Below the pieces are notes generated by a model, which worked only from the letters and a program-made list of their open reading frames with translations, searched no databases and was not told where the DNA came from. From Acidobacteriota bacterium (GTDB taxonomy: Bacteria > Acidobacteriota > Vicinamibacteria > Vicinamibacterales > UBA8438), in the NCBI GenBank assembly GCA_009861545.1, contig VXME01000029.1, positions 306 to 64,305 on the forward strand: a stretch of DNA of 64,000 nucleotides, in the 5' to 3' direction. The number at the start of each line of letters is the position of its first letter. Within the stretch, counting starts at the first letter, position 1. Shown piece after piece: positions 1 through 11,277 of the stretch. A program made the position numbers and the translations under genes.

Positions 1-62
1 GCCCGCGGCGCGACAGGTACCGTCCGGCGGCCGGAGGGCTGAGGCGGCAGGCACGCTATGAC

Positions 63-1445
63 ATGGAAAGCGAGAGGTGGCTCATGACGGTCGTACGGAA
101 CTTGGCGCTGGCGCTGGTCGCGTGCGGGTTGCTCACGGTTTCGCTGGGGGCGGACGACTGGCAGCAGTGGCGCGGCGTCGATCGGCTGGGAATCTGGCAT
201 GAGGACGGCATCATCGAGTCGTTCCCGGAGGGCGGTCTGACGGTCAAGTGGCGGACGCCGCTCCGGTCCGGCTATTCCGGGCCGGCCGTCGCCGGTGGCC
301 GCGTGTTCGTGCTCGACTGGCTGGAGGATCCCGAGTCGCGGACTCTCGACGGCACCGAGCGCGTCGTGGCGCTCGACGAAGAGACCGGCGAGGTGCTCTG
401 GACCCACGAATGGCAGACCACCTACCGGATGCTGATGGTCTCCTACGCGAAGGGCCCGCGCGCCACGCCGACGGTGGATGGCGATCGCGTCTACGTTTCC
501 GGCGCCACCGGACGCCTGTTCTGCCTCGACGTCGAGACCGGCGAGGTCATCTGGAGCAAGAACTACGTCGAGGAGTACGACACCAGCATCCCGACCTGGG
601 GCACCGCGAGCGCACCGCTCGTCGACGGCGACAAGCTGATCGCCGTCGTCGGGGGCGAGCCGGATGCGTTGGTCGTGGCCTTCGACAAGCGCACGGGCGA
701 GGAGATCTGGCGCGCGGTCGACGTCGTGGGCGAGATGGGCTACGGCCAGCCGGTCATCTACGAGGCGGGCGGCGTGCGGCAGCTCATCGTCTGGCACGCG
801 GCGGCCCTCGTCTCGCTCGATCCGGAGACCGGCGAGGTCTACTGGGAGCAGGAGTGGGAGGTCGGCGCCGGCATGTCGGTCGCCACCCCCGTGCGCAGCG
901 GCGACTACCTGCTGGTGTCGCAGTTCTACAACGGCTCGATGATGATGCGGCTCAACCAGGACCGGCCCGCCGCCTCGATGCTGTGGCAGGGGAGCAGCCG
1001 CAGCGAGATGCCGGACCAGACCGACGGCCTGCACGCCCTGATCACCACGCCGCTCATCATCGGCGACTACATCTACGGCGTGGGCAGCTACGGCGAGCTG
1101 CGCGGCCTGGACGCGCGGACGGGCGAACGCGTTTGGATGAGCGACGAGATGACCGCGCAGGCGCGCTGGGGGGCCGCGTTCTTCGTGCGGCACGGCGACC
1201 GTTACTTCGTCAACAACGACGACGGCTATCTGATGATCGCGCAGTTCACCCCGGAGGGTTACGTGGAGCTCGACCGCACGCGGCTCATCGAGGCGGACAG
1301 CCGCTCCGGCATCGGGTCCGGCCCGCGCCTGCGGTGGGATCGACCGGTCAACTGGACCCATCCGGCCTACGCCAACCGGCACATCGTGCACCGGAACCAC
1401 AGCGAGATCATCCGCGTGTCGCTCGCGGCCAGCGACTACGAGTGA
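63..1445 (+). CDS. PQQ-like beta-propeller repeat protein (secreted)
   Basis: 460-aa ORF with a hydrophobic signal-like N-terminus (LALALVACGLLTVSLGA). Repeated propeller-blade motifs (DGDRVYVSGATGRLFCLDVETGEVIW; YGELRGLDARTGERVW) are typical of PQQ/BamB-type propellers. The ATG at 84 is an alternative start. Confidence 0.85.
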   Translation: MESERWLMTVVRNLALALVACGLLTVSLGADDWQQWRGVDRLGIWHEDGIIESFPEGGLTVKWRTPLRSGYSGPAVAGGRVFVLDWLEDPESRTLDGTERVVALDEETGEVLWTHEWQTTYRMLMVSYAKGPRATPTVDGDRVYVSGATGRLFCLDVETGEVIWSKNYVEEYDTSIPTWGTASAPLVDGDKLIAVVGGEPDALVVAFDKRTGEEIWRAVDVVGEMGYGQPVIYEAGGVRQLIVWHAAALVSLDPETGEVYWEQEWEVGAGMSVATPVRSGDYLLVSQFYNGSMMMRLNQDRPAASMLWQGSSRSEMPDQTDGLHALITTPLIIGDYIYGVGSYGELRGLDARTGERVWMSDEMTAQARWGAAFFVRHGDRYFVNNDDGYLMIAQFTPEGYVELDRTRLIEADSRSGIGSGPRLRWDRPVNWTHPAYANRHIVHRNHSEIIRVSLAASDYE

Positions 1446-1541
1446 CGACGGTCCGGGGCCGTTACGGCGGCCCCGGTTCACTTGCGGGCCCGGCGGAGGA
1501 TGCGGCGCGGGTCCCCGACACGATCTGAAGGGAACACGACG

Positions 1542-2897
1542 ATGCGAACGTTGCGGCCGGTATGCATGACCGCGGTGCTGTGCGCCGCGCTGGTGGGAAC
1601 CTCGCTTTTTGCCGCGGACTGGCCCGAGTGGCGGGGCGCCGGCCGCACGGCGGTCTGGACGGAGGACGGCATCCTCGAGCGCTTTCCGTCCGAGGGCCTG
1701 AAGGTGGTCTGGCGGACGCCGGTCAAGGGAGGCTTCGCCGGTCCGGTCGTCGCCGACGGGCGCGTCTTCGTCACCGACTTCGAGTTTCTCCTCAGGACGC
1801 GCGTGATGGACGGGACCGAGCGGGTCCTGGCGCTAGACGAGCAGACGGGGGAGGTGCTCTGGACGCACGAGTGGCCGGCGGCCTACCGCAATCTGCAGTT
1901 CTCGTACGCGACCGGACCGCGCGCCACTCCGACGGTGGACGGGGATCGCGTCTACGTCGCCGGTGGAGCCGGCATGCTCCTGTGCCTCGAAGTGGAGACC
2001 GGCGCCGTGGTCTGGCAGCACGACACCGTGGCCGAGTACGACACGACGGTCCCGGTCTGGGGGACGTCGAGCTCGCCGCTGGTCGACGGCGACCTTCTCA
2101 TCGCCGTCGTGGGCGGCGAGCCGGATGCGCTGGTCGTCGCCTTCGACAAGCGCACCGGCGAGGAGGTATGGCGGGCCATCGACGTGGTGACGGAGATGGG
2201 CTACGCGCAGCCGGTGATCTACGAGGCGGGCGGCGTGCGGCAGCTCATCGTCTGGCACCCGAGCGGCGTCAGCTCGCTCAATCCCCAGACCGGCGAGATC
2301 TACTGGGAGCAGGCGTGGGAGGCGCGCTCGGCCATCACCGTCGCGACCCCCGTCCGCAGCGACAATTACCTCTTCTTCAGTCAGTTCTACGGTGGCTCGC
2401 TGATGCTCCGTCTCGACACCGACCGGCCCGACGCCGACGTGCTCTGGCAGGTGGCGGGCACCGGCGAGATGCCGGACCAGACGGCGGGGCTGCATGCGCT
2501 CATCACCACCCCGATCATCGAGGGTGACTACCTGTACGGGGTCGGCAGCTACGGCGAGCTGCGCGGCCTCGACGCCACGACCGGCGAACGCCTGTGGGTG
2601 AGCGACCGGATGACCGTGCAGCGCCGCTGGGGCGCCGCGTTCCTGGTGCGCCACGGCGACCGCTACTTCGTCAACAACGACGCCGGCGACCTGATCATCG
2701 CGCAGTTTACGCCGGCGGGCTACGTGGAGCTCGACCGCACCCGGCTGATCGAGCCGACGTCGCGCGCCGGCTACGGGCCGCGCCGCTTCGAGGACCGCGC
2801 CGTCAACTGGACGCAGCCGGCCTATGCGAACCGGCACCTCGTGACGCGCAACGACGAAGAGATCATCCGGGTCTCGCTGGCCGCCGCGGACTACTAG
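1542..2897 (+). CDS. PQQ-like beta-propeller repeat protein (tandem paralogue of the 63..1445 gene)
   Basis: Long identical peptide runs shared with the upstream gene (LIAVVGGEPDALVVAFDKRTGEE, QPVIYEAGGVRQLIVWH, MPDQT.GLHALITTP). Start moved to the ATG at 1542 (MRTLRPVCMTAVLCAALVGTSLFA signal peptide) inside ORF 1482..2897. Confidence 0.85.
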   Translation: MRTLRPVCMTAVLCAALVGTSLFAADWPEWRGAGRTAVWTEDGILERFPSEGLKVVWRTPVKGGFAGPVVADGRVFVTDFEFLLRTRVMDGTERVLALDEQTGEVLWTHEWPAAYRNLQFSYATGPRATPTVDGDRVYVAGGAGMLLCLEVETGAVVWQHDTVAEYDTTVPVWGTSSSPLVDGDLLIAVVGGEPDALVVAFDKRTGEEVWRAIDVVTEMGYAQPVIYEAGGVRQLIVWHPSGVSSLNPQTGEIYWEQAWEARSAITVATPVRSDNYLFFSQFYGGSLMLRLDTDRPDADVLWQVAGTGEMPDQTAGLHALITTPIIEGDYLYGVGSYGELRGLDATTGERLWVSDRMTVQRRWGAAFLVRHGDRYFVNNDAGDLIIAQFTPAGYVELDRTRLIEPTSRAGYGPRRFEDRAVNWTQPAYANRHLVTRNDEEIIRVSLAAADY

Positions 2898-3441
2898 GAG
2901 CCCGCGGCGAAGGCCCCGCTCCAGGGACCGTCGGCGCGTGCCGCGGATCGCCGGAGTGCGTTTCCGGTGCACGGTCGATGGCGCCGATGCAGTCGTCGAG
3001 CGGGGCGGGCAGGACGTCGGAGGGGTCCCGGAAATAGACCCGCGACAGGTAGCTGAGGGCCACCGCCGCACCCTGTCGTTGCGGCATCGTCGCCACGAGA
3101 GGGCCGGCGACGGCCAGGAAGAAACCCACGCCGTTCAGCCACGTGGTGATGCGGAAGCCGAAGAAGATGGCCGCGATGCCGAGCAGGATCGGGATGCGGT
3201 CCATCACGATCCAGAAGAACCAGATATCTCCCTGATTGCGGAGATACACCAGGCCGCAGTCGGGGCACTGCCGGTGGAGCGTAATCCAGCGGACGAAGAG
3301 CGGTCCGCGCCCGCAGTGGGGACAGCGCCGTCGCACGCCTCGCCAGACCGTTGGGAGGATGCGCGGCCGCGCAACGGACTCGGCCTTCCGATTGTCCCGT
3401 GCAGGCGGCGTCGCCGGGTCCGATCCGGGCAAGGCGGGCAT
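2863..3441 (-). CDS. DUF983-like zinc-ribbon membrane protein
   Basis: Only the C-terminal 192 codons of ORF 2863..4779(-) look real. Start is MPALPG, with cat at 3439-3441. CPHCGRGPLF...CPDCG zinc ribbon followed by two TM helices (IWFFWIVMDRIPILLGIAAIFFG; GVGFFLAVAGPLVA). The 3' end overlaps the convergent gene by about 35 nt. Confidence 0.65.
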   Translation of the reverse strand: MPALPGSDPATPPARDNRKAESVARPRILPTVWRGVRRRCPHCGRGPLFVRWITLHRQCPDCGLVYLRNQGDIWFFWIVMDRIPILLGIAAIFFGFRITTWLNGVGFFLAVAGPLVATMPQRQGAAVALSYLSRVYFRDPSDVLPAPLDDCIGAIDRAPETHSGDPRHAPTVPGAGPSPRAPSSPRRPARPG

Positions 3442-3546
3442 CCCTCTCTTCACTATACTCAACGGATCGTTGCGGGATAACGCGGGTCCGGGACCTGCAT
3501 GGTTGATCTGCGACCGGCTTGCCGGTTCAGGGGGAGAGGTAACGAC

Positions 3547-4881
3547 ATGAGAAATGCAAGCAAGAGCGGTAACGGTTGGGCGGCGGGGACGATAGCCGCG
3601 CTGTTGGCCGCGGTGCTGCTGGCGGCCCCGTCGTTGCGGGCGGCCGAGGACGTGGTCGTCGCGAAGCCCGAGTCGGTGGGCATGTCGTCGGAGCGCCTGA
3701 AGCGCATCGACAGCTTCATCCAGGAGTACATCGACGCCGACCGCATCGCCGGCGCGGTCACCCTGGTCGCCCGCAAGGGGAAGGTGGTGCACTTCGAGGC
3801 GCAGGGCTGGCGCGACAAGGAGAACGGCGTCCCGATGACCGAGGACACCATCTTCGTCCTGATGTCGATGACCAAGCCGATAGTCTCGACGGCGTTGATG
3901 ATGCTGTTCGAGGAGGGGCGGTTCCTGCTCGACGACCCGATCTCGAAGTGGATTCCGGAGTACGAGAACCACACGGTGCGCCTCAACCGCGACGGCGTGC
4001 GGCCGCTCACCGTGCCGGAGGCGCGCCCGGTCACGGTGCGCCACGTGCTGACGCACACGTCGGGCCTGACGCTGAATCCGCAGGGCAGGGGGCTGAGCCA
4101 GGCGCAGATCGACCACGTCACCAACGACGGCAAGGGCTGGCCGACGCTGGCCGAGCGGGTGGCCAACGCCGCCGTGATACCGGGCGCGTTCCACCCCGGC
4201 GACGAGTGGCAGTACGGCGATTCCACCGACTACGTGGCGGTCCTGGTGGAGAAGATCTCCGGCCAGTCGATCGACGACTTCCTGCGCGAGCGCATCTTCG
4301 AGCCGCTCGGCATGACCGACACCTACTACTACGTGCCGCAAGAGAAGGTGGAGCGGATGGCCTCGGTCTACCGGCCGGACGAGAACGGCAAGATCGAGCT
4401 GATGGTGTCGCCGACCTACGTCGAGCCGACCCGCATGTTCCGCGGCATCGCCGGCCTGGCGGGCACCGCGGCCGACTACCTCCAGTTCGCCCAGATGATC
4501 GCCAACGGGGGTGAGCTGAACGGGACGCGGCTGCTCGGGCGGATGACCGTCGACAACATGATCAGCAACCACATCGGCGCCGACCGGCCGGTCTACATCC
4601 GCGGCGGCGGCTACGGCTTCGGGCTCGGCTTCGGGGTGCTGACCAACTCCGCCCAGGCCCCCGACGCCCTTTCGATCGGCAGCTACACCTGGGGCGGCGC
4701 CTATGGGACGCTCTACTGGGCGGATCCGGTGGAGGACCTCATCGGGATCCTGATGATCCAGATCCGGCCCTACAACCACCTGAGCATCCGACCGCTCTTC
4801 TCGAACGTGGTGACGCAGGCGGTGGTCGACAGCCTCTCGGAGCAGAAGCCGACGATCATGGGGCGGCCGACGCCCCGGTAG
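3547..4881 (+). CDS. Serine hydrolase, beta-lactamase/transpeptidase-like family
   Basis: S-x-x-K motif SMTK in LMSMTKPIVSTALMML. Signal peptide AALLAAVLLAAPSLRAAED. ATG at 3547 is preceded by GGGGGAGAGG. Whole-length resemblance to class C-like esterases. Confidence 0.85.
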   Translation: MRNASKSGNGWAAGTIAALLAAVLLAAPSLRAAEDVVVAKPESVGMSSERLKRIDSFIQEYIDADRIAGAVTLVARKGKVVHFEAQGWRDKENGVPMTEDTIFVLMSMTKPIVSTALMMLFEEGRFLLDDPISKWIPEYENHTVRLNRDGVRPLTVPEARPVTVRHVLTHTSGLTLNPQGRGLSQAQIDHVTNDGKGWPTLAERVANAAVIPGAFHPGDEWQYGDSTDYVAVLVEKISGQSIDDFLRERIFEPLGMTDTYYYVPQEKVERMASVYRPDENGKIELMVSPTYVEPTRMFRGIAGLAGTAADYLQFAQMIANGGELNGTRLLGRMTVDNMISNHIGADRPVYIRGGGYGFGLGFGVLTNSAQAPDALSIGSYTWGGAYGTLYWADPVEDLIGILMIQIRPYNHLSIRPLFSNVVTQAVVDSLSEQKPTIMGRPTPR

Positions 4882-4936
4882 GCATCGCGCCGGGCCGGTC
4901 GTCCTCGGAGGCGGCCGGCCCGGCCAGCATCCCGCC

Positions 4937-6832
4937 TCAGAGCACGCCCGGCCCCAGTCCCACAGCGCGGAGCGCCTCGTCGATCGCCCGTTGCGCGTCG
5001 CTGCCGGGGGCGAGGTCGGCCGCGGACTGGCGGATGAGCGCAGCGGTGATCGGCAGCGTCGCCATCGCCGGCATCAGGTCCCGCATCGCGCGGAAGAAGA
5101 TCCGTTCGATCTCTCCCCGGTTGGCATCGCCGGCGCCCTCGACCGTCATGCCGCTGGTACGGTGCGTTCCACCCTCGATGGCCAGGTAGAAGGCGTGGCT
5201 CAGGATCAGCGAGTTCCAGTGGTCGCCGCCGTAGCCGAAATCGTCGTTGCGCAGGGTGCCGAAGTACTCGCCGCGGACGAAGATGTGCCCGGAGAAGTTC
5301 CAGAACCTGCCGTCACGCAGAGTGAGAGCGAAGTCGTAGCGGTCGGCATATGCATCCGGATAGAAGCCGTCTCGTAGCGACTTGGGGTCGATCATGGAAC
5401 GAATGGCGCCTTCCTTGAAGTCGCCGCCGACGAGATAGTCCGCCGAGACGCCTTCGTCTTCATAGTAGAACCCCAGGGACTCGCCGAAGATGTCGGAGTA
5501 GCCCTCGTGGATGGCTCCGTCGCCCGAGTGGGCCAGGACGAACCGGCCGTCGTGGCACAAGGCCGGCACCAGCCCATCATCGAGCCCCTCCGGCGTCTCG
5601 ACCAGGCCCGGGAACCGCGCGGTGTCGCACGTGTGCGTCTGTCCGAATCTGTCCGTGAAGCTCCGCGGGCCGAGTCTGGCCCCGAGGGGGCGGACGTTGA
5701 AGAGACCGAGGGGGCTGCCGGTGCGATTGCTGACCGAGAAGTGCGTCACGCCGTGCATCAGCTCGTGCCCGACGACGTCGAACAGCGTGTACGGCTCCTC
5801 GTTCGTCTCGTCGATCCGCCGCCCGTACCCGAACGCGCCGTTGCCCTCCGGGCCGAATGGCGGAGATGCGAAGAAGGCATTCGCGAAGCCGAGGTTGACC
5901 AAGCTGATGGTGCGCCCGTTCGCGCCGTCGACGCCCTCCCAGCCGTGCCGCGCGGAGAAGTAGTCGTAGAACCAGCCGGTGTAGGCGTGGGCTTCGACAA
6001 CGGTCGGGTCGTCCCACTCGTTGTCGGCGTCGATCGCGTAGTCGTCCGCCGTCCAGACCGCTTCGCCCGGCGGCAGGCCCTCGATGAGGTGGTCGGTCAT
6101 CAGGCGGTTGGCGCGCAGGAAGTTGAACCGGACATCGAGAGTGACGATCTCCGCCGGCCGCATCCGGTCGTGGGCCTGGAAGCGGCCGTCCTCCTCTGTC
6201 GTGCTCAGCTTCCGTTGGTTGCCCTGCGAGCCGGTGCCGGCGCCGACCGCAGCCTGCTGATTCTTCACCGCGTTGAGGCGGTGCAGGAGGCTGCCGTCGC
6301 CAGCGTCGGCGAAGTAGAAGTACCCGTCGCTCATGGCGACGGCGTAGGCCAGCGCGAACGAGCCGTCCGGCAGCGGCAGGATGCCGAGCGCCGGCTGCCC
6401 GCCGCCGACGACCTCTCCGCCGTGCATCTCCTCGAGCCGCGCGGCGACCTCCGCTCCCGACAGCGCCGGCGCGAAGTTCACGTCGATCCCCTGGTGCAGC
6501 GTGCCGAAGAGCGACACGGTGACGCCGGCCGGGTCGAGTTGCCGGGAGACCCCGCCGCCGAACACGGGAATGCCGGCATGGTACTGTGCCAGGTATTCGT
6601 GCGTGCGTCCCTCCAGGGAGGCGTCGCTCAGGTGCGACATGACGACGAGCTCGCCGGTCCGCGCCATGCCGTCGATCGACGCGTCCCACTGCCGCAGCTC
6701 GTCGACGCCCGCCGCGTGTCCGGCGGAGACGGAAAGTACGGCGGATTCCTGGGACGCGGCGTCCTGTTCCGCGGCCATGAGCCCGACCCCGACGAGGGCC
6801 GAGGCGATTGCGAGTCGTGTGGCGGTTCTCAT
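4937..6832 (-). CDS. M4 (thermolysin-like) zinc metalloprotease
   Basis: HExxH (VVGHELMHGVTH) plus the downstream third-ligand region IHEGYSDIFGE. Signal peptide MRTATRLAIASALVGVGLMAA. Start set at the cat at 6830-6832 within ORF 4937..7009. Confidence 0.85.
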   Translation of the reverse strand: MRTATRLAIASALVGVGLMAAEQDAASQESAVLSVSAGHAAGVDELRQWDASIDGMARTGELVVMSHLSDASLEGRTHEYLAQYHAGIPVFGGGVSRQLDPAGVTVSLFGTLHQGIDVNFAPALSGAEVAARLEEMHGGEVVGGGQPALGILPLPDGSFALAYAVAMSDGYFYFADAGDGSLLHRLNAVKNQQAAVGAGTGSQGNQRKLSTTEEDGRFQAHDRMRPAEIVTLDVRFNFLRANRLMTDHLIEGLPPGEAVWTADDYAIDADNEWDDPTVVEAHAYTGWFYDYFSARHGWEGVDGANGRTISLVNLGFANAFFASPPFGPEGNGAFGYGRRIDETNEEPYTLFDVVGHELMHGVTHFSVSNRTGSPLGLFNVRPLGARLGPRSFTDRFGQTHTCDTARFPGLVETPEGLDDGLVPALCHDGRFVLAHSGDGAIHEGYSDIFGESLGFYYEDEGVSADYLVGGDFKEGAIRSMIDPKSLRDGFYPDAYADRYDFALTLRDGRFWNFSGHIFVRGEYFGTLRNDDFGYGGDHWNSLILSHAFYLAIEGGTHRTSGMTVEGAGDANRGEIERIFFRAMRDLMPAMATLPITAALIRQSAADLAPGSDAQRAIDEALRAVGLGPGVL

Positions 6833-6894
6833 TGCGTGTCGATCTCCCCTGCAGTCAGGCTTGCCAGGCATGGGTTCACCGTGCGTCGCCGCGT

Positions 6895-7710
6895 TCAGAA
6901 CCGCAGGCGCAGGCCCACCGCGGTATGCAGTCCGCCCACCTCGATGTCGAGCGTTTCGCCGCTGACCGACGGGACCTCGACCATCGCGCGGCTGTAGCGG
7001 GTGAGCCAACCGACACCGACGTTGCCGGTGAAATAGAAGGCGACGTCGACTCCCACGTTGAAGCCGGCAGCGTCGGAAGACTCCTGGCCGGTGACCGCAC
7101 TCGAGAACTCGGCGGTGTCGTAGGGATAGGCGTGGGTGAAGTTCACGTCGGTGACCAGTTGCTGCTTCACCTCGAAGAACGTGGGTCCGCCGAACCCGGT
7201 CACCGTGAACGAGCGGGTGACCGGCAGCACGACGAGCGCCTGCAGATGGATGGCCGTTTCTTCGCGGGTGAGAGGCGGCGACGTGCCGGAGATGGAGCGA
7301 TCCCGGTCGAAGAAGATCGGATGCGGGACCTGTGCCGACACGCTGGCCGTTTCCTCGATCAGGAAGCGCGACACACCGACCCCGAGGGCGAAGTACGGCG
7401 CGACGCGCACCCCGCCGCTCACGTCGAGGAGCGTGGGGTTCTCGAAGCGATAGTCGCTCTCGAAGCGGGCCTGCTCCTGCGCCGCGGCCCCCGACACGAT
7501 TTCGCGGTACACCCCGCCGGTTTCGGGGAAGGCGATGTCCTCCGAAAAGCCGCGGGTCTGCGTCTGCAGGCCGCCGTTGACGTTGACGAACACCCGCGCG
7601 TCTCCCGCGGGCGCCTGCGCGTGGGTCGGCGCCGCGCCGGCCAGCGTTGCGCCGGCGGCCGCCAGCCAGGCAATCAGCGGCATGTACGGTCGTGTATGTG
7701 CATGCGTCAT
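6895..7710 (-). CDS. Outer-membrane beta-barrel protein (putative)
   Basis: Signal peptide (PLIAWLAAAGATLAGAAPTHAQA), alternating amphipathic beta-strand pattern, and a C-terminal aromatic residue (GLRLRF). No specific family recognised. Confidence 0.55.
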   Translation of the reverse strand: MTHAHTRPYMPLIAWLAAAGATLAGAAPTHAQAPAGDARVFVNVNGGLQTQTRGFSEDIAFPETGGVYREIVSGAAAQEQARFESDYRFENPTLLDVSGGVRVAPYFALGVGVSRFLIEETASVSAQVPHPIFFDRDRSISGTSPPLTREETAIHLQALVVLPVTRSFTVTGFGGPTFFEVKQQLVTDVNFTHAYPYDTAEFSSAVTGQESSDAAGFNVGVDVAFYFTGNVGVGWLTRYSRAMVEVPSVSGETLDIEVGGLHTAVGLRLRF

Positions 7711-8316
7711 CTACGGGTTCCTCTTGTCAAGGTGTTCACGTCGACCAACCCAATCGTGCAGCTCCGCTTGCGTCGGAGGATTGCACGGACGCCCGGCGTG
7801 CTCGCGGAGACCCGCCTTCTTCCCAAGTCGGCAGGCCTTCGAGAAGTGCAGGGTCGATACGGCCTGACCGATCGAGGCAACGCGGGCAACGGGTGTCGCT
7901 GGCTTTCGTATCCCTGTCCGGCCCCGTTCGAGGCAGGCGCTGGCGGCTGGGCGAATCCAGTCTAGTCCGGCCGCCGCGTGGGCGGCAAGCGCACCGCGAC
8001 GCGTCCCACCCGTCCTCTCGACGGTGACCCGGACGTGCGCCGCTCCCGGCCCCGCCGCGGGTAGCGCCCTCTGCATCCGATTTCATCTTCGACGCCTGTG
8101 CGAACGGGTGTCAACCGGCGCTCCGTCGTTTTCCAATGGGAGGCGAGCTCGACGGGCCGGCGGGCGGACTTCCGCGGGAGCCGGCGGGCGAGTCGCGCCG
8201 CAGGTGAGAGCAGGCCGCGGCGGTAGCCGTCCCGGGCCGTATCCGCCGGTATACTCAGGCGCCGGGCCGGGCATGCGGCTCCGTCACGATTCAGCCCGCC
8301 GGCAGGAGACGTCGCC

Positions 8317-9662
<1,346 letters not shown>

Positions 9663-9666
<4 letters not shown>

Positions 9667-11273
9667 CCGCGCTGGCAGCAGGACGGGCAAGCACGCCGGC
9701 GGTTTCGACGCGGCGGTTCGCGGCGGGTGGCGGCTTCGGGGCGGCCGCCGCGCTCGGCCTCGTGCTCGCCGTGCTCGCCGGGGCCGCCGTGGCCGGCTGC
9801 GGCGCGGCGGGATCGAGCGCCGAAGATGCCGGCATCATCGCATTGCCGACCCCGAACTCGCCGCTGGTGACCCTGCGCATCGGTTTCCGCACCGGCTCGG
9901 TCGACGATCCGGCAGGGAAGAACGGCCTGAACGCCCTGACCGCAATGATGATGGGGCGGGGCGGCACCGAGGCGCTGAGATTTCAGGAGATCACCGAGGC
10001 GCTCTATCCCTGGTCCGCGTCGATTCGCGCGCAGTCCGACAAGGAGATGACGGTGCTGGTCGGCGAGGTGCACCGCGATCACCTGGAGCCGTTCTTCGCC
10101 ATCGTGCGCGATTTGGTGGTGGCGCCGCGGTTCGACGAGTCGGACTTCGTTCGGAACCGGGACTTCCTGACCAACACCGTCGTCTCCACGCTGCGCGGCA
10201 GCGACGACGAGGAGTTGGGCAAGGAGGCCCTGAACGCGATGCTGTACGCCGGGCATCCGTACGCGGCGCCCACCGTCGGGACCGAAGAAGGTCTGGCCGC
10301 CCTGACCCTGGACGACGTGCGGGCGTTCCACCGCGACCACTACACGCGCGCGCGGGCGCTCGTCGGCGTGTCGGGCGGCTATCCCGACGGCTTCGTCGAG
10401 CGTATCGAGCAGGAGATTCTCTACCGGCTGCCGGCGGGCGGAGCGGAGCGCGCCCCGCTGCCGGCGCCGCGGGCGCTCGACGGCCGCGAGCTGCTGGTGG
10501 TCGACAAGGACGCCATCGCCACGGCCATCTCCATCGGTTTCCCGATCGATCTGACCCGCGCCGGCGACGACTTCTACGCCCTGCTGGTGGCCAACTCCTA
10601 CTTCGGCGAGCACCGCACGTTCAACGGCCTGCTGATGAACAAGATGCGGGGGCAGCGCGGCCTCAACTACGGCGATTACTCCTATATCGAGAACTTCATC
10701 CAGGACGGCGGGTCCCGCCTGCCGATCCCCAACATCCCGCGCAGCCGGCAGTTCTTCAGCATCTGGATCCGGCCCGTGCCGCACCACAACGCGCACTTCG
10801 CGCTGCGGCAGGCGGTGCGCGAGCTGCACGTCCTGGTCGACGAGGGGCTGTCGGTGGAGGACTTCGAGGCGACGCGCGAGTTCCTGCTCAACTACTCGAA
10901 GCTCTACGTGCAGACGACCAGCCGCCGGCTCGGCTACCACATGGACTCGGCCTTCTACGGCGGGGAGTACTTCATCGACGAGATCCAGCGGCGCCTGACG
11001 GCGCTGACCGTCGACGACGTCAACGCGGCGATCCGCCGCCACCTGCAGTACGACGACCTGGCCATCGCCGTCGTCACCCGCGACGCCGAGGCGTTTCGCG
11101 ACGCGCTGCTGGCCGGCGAGCCCTCTCCGGCGACCTACAACACGGCGGTGACGGAGGAGATTCGGGCGGAGGATGCGTTGATCGAGGGCTTCGATCTGGC
11201 GATCAATCCGGACCGCGTGCGGGTCGTCCCGGTGGAGGAGATGTTCCGGGCCGTCGAGGCGGGGCAAGGGTAG
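9663..11273 (+). CDS. M16 family peptidase, non-catalytic partner subunit
   Basis: ATG at 9663 overlaps the stop of the upstream gene. M16 fold motifs are present (GSVDDPAGKNGLNALTAMMMGRGG; YAGHPYAAP) without HxxEH. This is the second half of ORF 9042..11273. Confidence 0.85.
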
Positions 11274-11277
11274 GCCG

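Noticed and set aside
3442-4779. N-terminal two-thirds of ORF 2863..4779(-)
   Set aside because: This part is antisense to the serine hydrolase gene. Only the last 192 codons (DUF983-like, with its own Met) look genuine.
7711-8076. 121-aa minus-strand ORF with a Cys-containing tail (HFSKACRLGKKAGLREHAGRPCNPPTQAELHDWV)
   Set aside because: No family was confidently recognised, the composition is mostly Ala/Arg/Gly, and there is no RBS. It is kept only as part of the unexplained-gap finding.
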